A stretch of DNA of 64,000 nucleotides from Macrostomum hystrix (taxonomy: Eukaryota; Animalia; Platyhelminthes). Each line of letters starts with the position of its first letter. Position 1 is the first letter of the stretch. The position numbers and the translations under genes were made by a program. The stretch lies in contig CATNEN010000001.1 of the NCBI GenBank assembly GCA_950097015.1, positions 5,270,001 to 5,334,000 on the forward strand, written 5' to 3'. This document shows positions 58,501 through 64,000 of the stretch, one piece after another. The notes beneath the pieces are model-generated. The model saw only the letters and a program-made list of their open reading frames with translations. It did no database searches and was not told where the DNA came from.

Positions 58501-61500
58501 CTTAAATAAAGTTAGGTTAAAAAAATTCAATACATTCCGCCAGTTAAAAAAAAGATAAACAATAAACGTTTTTTTCACTTCTGTAAACGATCAATTCAGA
58601 ACGATTGTTAAAGAACGTCAATTGTAAAAAAGCAATTAAAAATCTGGAACTAGTAACTTAGCAATCATTGTTTGCGATCAATTTCTTTAAAAACATTTAA
58701 ACAATTCATAAATTTCCGCAAAAGCATTGATCTAAAGCAGCAGTAGCGGGAGCATTAAAAACAATATAATGAAGGTTTTGTTTATATCTTTAAAATTTAA
58801 ATTCTAGGACTAGATTTTATGCCATAAAACTTCAAATTTAACAGTTCTAACAAATGGCATTGTCAAAAAAACATGTATTGTTTTACGAAATGTTTAACAG
58901 TATAAGTTTGACCTTCAGTAAGAATAATTTAATACATTTTAACTGAATAAAATTGTTTCTAAAACTGATTAAAAAAATAAAAAAATACTTACAAACGCCT
59001 TTCGTTGCAGCGGCTGAAACATGTTTTAGTTTTTTTGCAGTTTAAATAAATAATATATTGAAAAGTCTATATATAGTTTAATACAGTTACTTATTAGTAG
59101 GTATTAATTCAAAAGTACATTAATCTTATACGAGTTAAAACCTTAATTTATTCAACAAAAAGGGTCGTTTATTAAATTAACTAATAGGTTACTGAATAAC
59201 TGAATAATGGAGCGATTGAATTTGTTATAATGTGTTATAATGTGTTATAATGTGTTATAATGTGTGTTACAACATTCTCAGGCGATGATTAATACAAACT
59301 ATAATATTACACTAAATTAAGTCAGTGCATTGTCATATACAATTGTGCCTTCAATGATTAATATTTATTACTAATATATATTAATCGTTCACAAACATCA
59401 AGCAAGCTTAGATGATTTAAAATCCGTTTATAATTTATAAATAAACAAATAAATATGCGTTTCTGTAACCAACGACAACAAAAAAATCAGCAGCACTCAC
59501 TGGTTTCTTATCAGTTTCCACGTGTCGAACCGAGGCGCAAGCTTTGCGAATCTCTTCTAATTGGCCGCGAATCAGGTCGGCATCGATCACTGGCCGACGA
59601 CCCGGTCGGGATTTGGGATCAGCCACGCCAACCAGGTAGATGCACTAAGTGATTTTTTCGAAAATGAAATTCAAGTAAATTTTTAGATTCGACGAATAGC
59701 AAAAATTAAAGTCTCCACGATATAAACTACGATCGATAACACAACCTCAAAACACGATCGATAACACAACCTCAAAACACGATCGATAACACAACCTCAA
59801 AACACGATCGATAACACAACCTCAAAACACGATCGATAACACAACCTCAAAACACGATCGATAACACAACCTCAAAAGACGATCGATAAAACAACCTCAA
59901 AACACGATCGATAACACAACCTCAAAACACGATCGATAACACAACCTCAAAAGACGATCGATAAAGCAACCTCAAAACACGATCGATAACACAACCTCAA
60001 AACACGATCGATAACACAACCTCAAAACACGATCGATAACACAACCTCAAAACACGATCGATAACACAACCTCAAAACACGATCGATAACACAACCTCAC
60101 ATAACACATAACACAACCTTTTGATCAAAAGATGATCGATAACACAACCTCAAAACACGATCGATAACACAACCTCAAAACACGATCGATAACACAACCT
60201 CAAAACACGATCGATAACACAACCTCAAAACACGATCGATAACACAACCTCAAAACACGATCGATAACACAACCTCAAAACACGATCGATAACACAACCT
60301 CAAAACACGATCGATAACACAACCTCAAAACACGATCGATAACACAACCTCAAAACACGATCGATAACACAACCTCAAAACACGATCGATAAAACAACCT
60401 CAAAACACGATCGATAACACAACCTCAAAACACGATCGATAACACAACCTCAAAAGACGATCGATAAAACAACCTCAAAACACGATCGATAACACAACCT
60501 CAAAACACGATCGATAACACAACCTCAAAACACGATCGATAACACAACCTCAAAACACGATCGATAACACAACCTCAAAACACGATCGATAACACAACCT
60601 CAAAACACGATCGATAACACAACCTCACATAACACATAACACAACCTTTTGATCAAAAGATGATCGATAACACCACCTCAAAACACGATCGATAACACAA
60701 CCTCAAAAACACGATCGATAACACAACCTCAAAACACGATCGATAACACAACCTCAAAACACGATCGATAACACAACCTCAAAACACGATCGATAACACA
60801 ACCTCAAAAACGATCGATAATAACACGATCTTAAAATACGATCGATAAACTACCGCGAAACCGATCGATAAAGCAAGTGTTTTATTCGTTCAGCTCACCT
60901 GAGCAGCGTGATAAGCCACAGCTTTGTAGACTGATTCGCCAAACACCTGGGCGTATTGGCAGAAGCCCTGAGTATTCGCGTCAACACTGCATCGAGCAAT
61001 TTCGCTCATACTCTCGGCTAGGCTTTCAGTCTGGCCAATAATACCGCTGAGAGACGGATAGTAGCCATCTGAGCTGGCTGGGTGCCGTGTGGCGTGCTGC
61101 ACCGCAGGCCGAATCGACTGTAAACGGCGCAGTACAGAGTCACAGACTCGCTCCTCGGGTGATTCCTCATTGCAGGTAACTACGGCGATCATGTTGTTGA
61201 TGGATTCGGTAACTAGGCGAGCCGCGGCCTATAACAGGGATTTGATGACTGAATGAAACACGTATACTGATGCAATTTACGCCATTGAACCTCCAAGGCA
61301 CAATGAGAGTTTACACTGCCTGACGATGATAAACTCGGGGCAGATGTGTGTGCTCAGGAGTCAGCGAAACGGGCAGAATTGCCTCCTCGCTGGCTGTGGG
61401 TCCAGTGTCACCAAATGATGTGCCATTGCCCGCAGCCCTCCTGAAATTATTATAATCACTTCCAAAGAACAAATCCAAAAAACAGACAGACCTGCAAGTT

Positions 61501-63146
61501 GAGCTTAGACTGTGTAGCGGACGGGTCCTGGCAGACATTCCTAGCGGCCAGCAGCATGTGGCCGGACTTCTCCGACACGTGGTTGAGACCTTGGGCCAGA
61601 GTCTGCCTGGAGACTGGCTCTTCTGTGGCTCGAACCAAATTAGCGCCGGTGCCAACAAAATTGTCGTAGCATTCGCCGAATTGCACGGTGGAATGAACCA
61701 GGTGCTGAGCGTTGCCTGACATTGGCGGGTGGAGAGCCAAGCGGGATATTCAAATAGGATTTTAAAGATAAGATAGAAAAAGTTTTGAACATTTAGGATT
61801 CAGATATATCGAGAAACGACTTCAAATAAGAATTGAGGGTCCTTATCCTCAGCTCAAGGATTTAGAATGAGGATACTTTTATCGAAAGATGATTTGTGAT
61901 TAGAAATAAAGATTGATAATTGAATGTGAAATATTTATTTTGAATAAGGATTTTGAATAATAAATTATGATTAGGGATTTGAAATGAGGATTTGGGACCC
62001 AGAATGAGGATTTGGGATTTTGTCTCGGATTCGGGATTCAGAATAAGGATATGGAATGAGGATTTGGGATTCAAAATGAGGATTTGGGATAAAAACTGAG
62101 GATTCAGGATTCAGAATGAAGATTTAGGATTCAAAATGAGGATTCGGGATTCAAAATGATGATTTGGGATTCAGAATGATGACTTGGGATTCAGAATGAT
62201 GATTTGGGATTCAGAATGATGACTTGGGATTCAAAATGAGGATTTTGGATTCAAAATGAGGATTTTGGATTAAGAATGATGATTTGGATTCAAAATGAGG
62301 ATTTTGGATTAAGAATGATGATTTGGGATTCAAAATGAGGATTTTGGATTAAGAATGATGATTTGGGATTCAAAATGAGGATTTTGGATTAAGAATGATG
62401 ATTTGGGATTCAAAATGAGGATTTTGGATTAAGAATGATGATTTGGGATTCAAAATGAGGATTTTGGATTAAGAATGATGAGTTGGGATTCAGAATGAGG
62501 ATTTAGGATTCAAAATGAGGATTTTGGATTCAAAATGAGGATTTGGGATTCAGAATGATGATTTGGGATTAAAAATGATGATTTGGGATTCAGAATGAGG
62601 ATTTGGGATTCAAAATGAGGATTTGGGATTCAGAATGAGAATTTAGGATTCGGAATGAGAATATTAAACTCCAGAGGATTTTGACATTTTAAATGAGGAT
62701 TTGTAACTTAATACGAGCGTATTTCGGAGATACAAATTTAAAACAAAGAACTCGAACACTGCAAACAGCCAGTTAACATACCGGCTGAGGAGCTGTGCAC
62801 CAAATCGCCAGTTGCCTGATTTAAGTTCACCGCGGCGCTAGTGAAGTCAGTCTGCAGAGAGCTATAGTCGGCACCGTCTGGCAAGCCGGCATAGTCCAGC
62901 CAGCGCTCCCTGTCCTGACCCAGATCGGAGGATTGGGAACCTGTTTGAGGCGGGCCGGAGCCCATCTTCAGCTGATGTTGGCGTTGAGTGATCAGACGGA
63001 TGACATTGTCAACTTGACGAGCCCCTGGCACGTGATTAGAAAGCGAGGCTAGGGCTTCGGCTAACTCGGACCGAAGCGACTGCAGATGCTTGTAGGCGTC
63101 CGGAGTCAGTTGGTTCTGCTCGTTGGCCGGTCGAGACGGTTGGAGA
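34331..63146 (-). CDS. TLN: Talin, C-terminal rod + I/LWEQ + dimerisation helix (5' partial); exons 62782-63146, 61492-61715, 60899-61228, 59501-59644, 57224-57388, 56400-56719, 55179-55552, 54174-54888, 51115-51298, 50047-50374, 48675-49082, 38884-39050, 37865-37972, 36304-36511, 34867-35204, 34331-34456
   Basis: Talin-like peptides [105 protein letters not shown] and terminal [20 protein letters not shown]...*; all 15 internal introns are GT-AG and frame-consistent. Confidence 0.95.
35435..36240. repeat. 30-bp minisatellite (TTTGATTTGGGGATCTGGGAAGGGATGCAG)n
   Basis: Directly visible; talin intron. Confidence 0.96.
36979..37644. repeat. (GACA)n compound microsatellite, inverted relative of 26965-27885
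   Basis: Contains CACTAAGACACTAAGACAGTCCCTTAGTCAGAC at ~37164-37197. Confidence 0.95.
38254..38807. repeat. 24-bp G-rich minisatellite (CCTGAAGGGTTAGGTGGGGTTCTA)n
   Basis: Directly visible. Confidence 0.96.
39390..42435. repeat. 23-bp minisatellite (GGTCTAGGGAAGATTCCATTAAA)n with a ~502-bp higher-order repeat
   Basis: Variant TCTTTTAAGG recurs at 39839, 40341 and 40843. Confidence 0.96.
42839..43597. mobile_element. hAT MITE, second copy (diverged internal array)
   Basis: CAGGGGTCGGCAAAC...GTTCGCCAACCCCCCCTG; imperfect 8-bp TSD ATCTGGGC/ATCAGGGT; subterminal sequences match 15346-15924. Confidence 0.88.
44430..45190. repeat. 16-bp minisatellite (TCTCATCTCTCCCGTG)n without TIRs, decaying 3' end
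   Basis: Directly visible. Confidence 0.92.
45820..46265. mobile_element. hAT MITE, third copy (inverted orientation)
   Basis: CAGGGGTCGGCAAAC...GTTTGCCTACCCCTG; TSD AATTAGAT/GATTAGAT (7 of 8 match). Confidence 0.9.
46848..47940. repeat. 16-bp minisatellite (GGGAGAGATGAGACAC/AG)n without TIRs
   Basis: Directly visible. Confidence 0.93.
49108..50012. repeat. 33-bp minisatellite (TCAAATCGGTCATTACCCTCTAGTAGAATGTTT)n filling almost an entire talin intron
   Basis: Intron spans 49083-50046. Confidence 0.96.
50450..51037. repeat. 14-bp minisatellite (AGATGGTAGATAGG)n
   Basis: Directly visible. Confidence 0.95.
51872..52622. repeat. 38-bp minisatellite (GGGAGTGGGATAAATTATCCACAATATGGGAATCTATA)n
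   Basis: Directly visible; unit contains the inverted repeat GGATAA-A-TTATCC. Confidence 0.95.
53100..54085. repeat. Degenerate TTTCTAAGAATCAAGC-type tandem repeat
   Basis: Irregular ~19-20 and ~35-bp units. Confidence 0.85.
54968..55062 (-). mobile_element. Diverged 3' tail fragment of the CORE-like SINE
   Basis: GATGTGCAGCTATTGCACGGCG...CTGCGCACGGCTGTTCAGTCCA matches 55634-55704. Confidence 0.65.
55556..55900 (-). mobile_element. tRNA-derived SINE with CORE (MIR-like) domain and (ATT)n tail
   Basis: Minus strand reads TAGCCTAGTGG (A box), GGTTCGATTCC (B box), TGTGTCCTCTAGCAAGACACCTTAAC...CACCCAGCTGTTAAATGGGTACC (resembles the CORE consensus), then a structured tail and (ATT)n. Confidence 0.85.
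56084..56292 (+). mobile_element. SINE family A copy with internal deletion of the hairpin segment
   Basis: Head (TGAGTGGTAGAGC...GCTCGATTCC) joined directly to the 3' module at GAAGGCTT|AGGAGTCAGC. Confidence 0.82.
56843..57175. repeat. Dispersed AAGTAACG/CGTTACTTT motif cluster, probable DNA-transposon relic
   Basis: At least six copies of the motif in both orientations. Confidence 0.5.
57584..58445. repeat. 35-bp minisatellite (GGGTAAGCACTTAACCCTACAAGCAGCCAGTCTAT)n
   Basis: Directly visible. Confidence 0.96.
59729..60850. repeat. 25-bp minisatellite (ACACGATCGATAACACAACCTCAAA)n
   Basis: Directly visible; the same interruption block recurs at ~60099 and ~60627. Confidence 0.96.
61303..61457 (+). 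mobile_element. 5'-truncated SINE family A copy
   Basis: Hairpin remnant, full 3' module and ATTATTAT tail. Confidence 0.8.
61970..62660. repeat. 20-bp minisatellite (GGGATTCAAAATGAGGATTT)n
   Basis: Directly visible. Confidence 0.94.
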
Positions 63147-63264
63147 CTGTAGACAAGAAATGTGATAATTATGACCATTTTATGTATGAGCCTGTTCTGC
63201 AAATTACGATTCAAGTCATTTTTAAACGTAGAAAATTTGTTTAATTATGAACAGTTATAGATAA

Positions 63265-64000
63265 CCAGTTTTGGTAATGACCTATCTGCGATGACCTGTT
63301 TCGGTAATGACCTGTCATCTACGATCGTATGACCAGTTTCGTTAATTACCTGTCATCTACGATCGAATGACCAGTTTCGTTAATTACCTGTCATCTACGA
63401 TCGTATGACCAGTTTCGTTAATGACCTGTCATCTACGATCGTATGACCAGTTTCGTTAATGACCTGTCATCTACGATCGAATGACCAGTTTCGTTAATTA
63501 CCTGTCATCTACGATCGAATGACCAGTTTCGTTAATTACCTGTCATCTACGATCGAATGACCAGTTTCGTTAATTACCTGTCATCTACGATCGTATGACC
63601 AGTTTCGTTAATGACCTGTCATCTACGATCGTATGACCAGTTTCGTTAATGACCTGTCATCTACGATCGTATGACCAGTTTCGTAAATGACCTGTCATCT
63701 ACGATCGAATGACCAGTTTCGTTAATTACCTGTCATCTACGATCGAATGACCAGTTTCGTTAATTACCTGTCATCTACGATCGTATGATCAGTTTCGTTA
63801 ATGACCTGTCATCTACGAACGTATGACCAGTTTCGTTAATGACCTGTCATCTACGATCGTTTGACCAGTTTCGTTAATGACCTGTCATCTACGATCGTAT
63901 GACCAGTTTCGTTAATGACCTGTCATCTACGATCGTATGACCAGTTTCGTTAATGACCTGTCATCTACGATCGTATGACCAGTTTCGTAAATGACCTGTC
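63265..64000. repeat. 38-bp minisatellite (GACCTGTCATCTACGATCGTATGACCAGTTTCGTTAAT)n, continues past the edge
   Basis: Directly visible. Confidence 0.96.

Overview
Eukaryotic (animal) genomic DNA with GT-AG introns; the very high density of intronic minisatellites is reminiscent of Macrostomum-type flatworm genomes, but the organism is an inference only. Genes, left to right: the N-terminal part of a divergent DEG/ENaC channel (- strand, runs off the left edge, absent from the ORF track); an F-type lectin pseudogene (-); a 3-exon secreted PAN/Apple + F-type lectin gene (+); two tandem, divergent 7-exon bestrophin paralogues (-); and 16 phase-consistent exons of the rod, I/LWEQ and dimerisation region of a talin gene (-, 5' part beyond the right edge). 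Non-coding DNA is mostly locus-specific minisatellites (some with higher-order structure), a hAT/Charlie-type MITE carrying a 16-bp minisatellite, a mariner relic and three tRNA-headed SINE-like families. The most interesting leads are a SINE family whose 3' module has an HDV-ribozyme-like P3/L3 sequence and element order (not fully canonical), three frame-preserving candidate micro-exons plus a proline-rich exon near the talin C-terminus, a structured ~520-nt Pol III-like unit in a bestrophin intron, and a CORE-like SINE. Exon boundaries were worked out by hand and may be off by a few bases.
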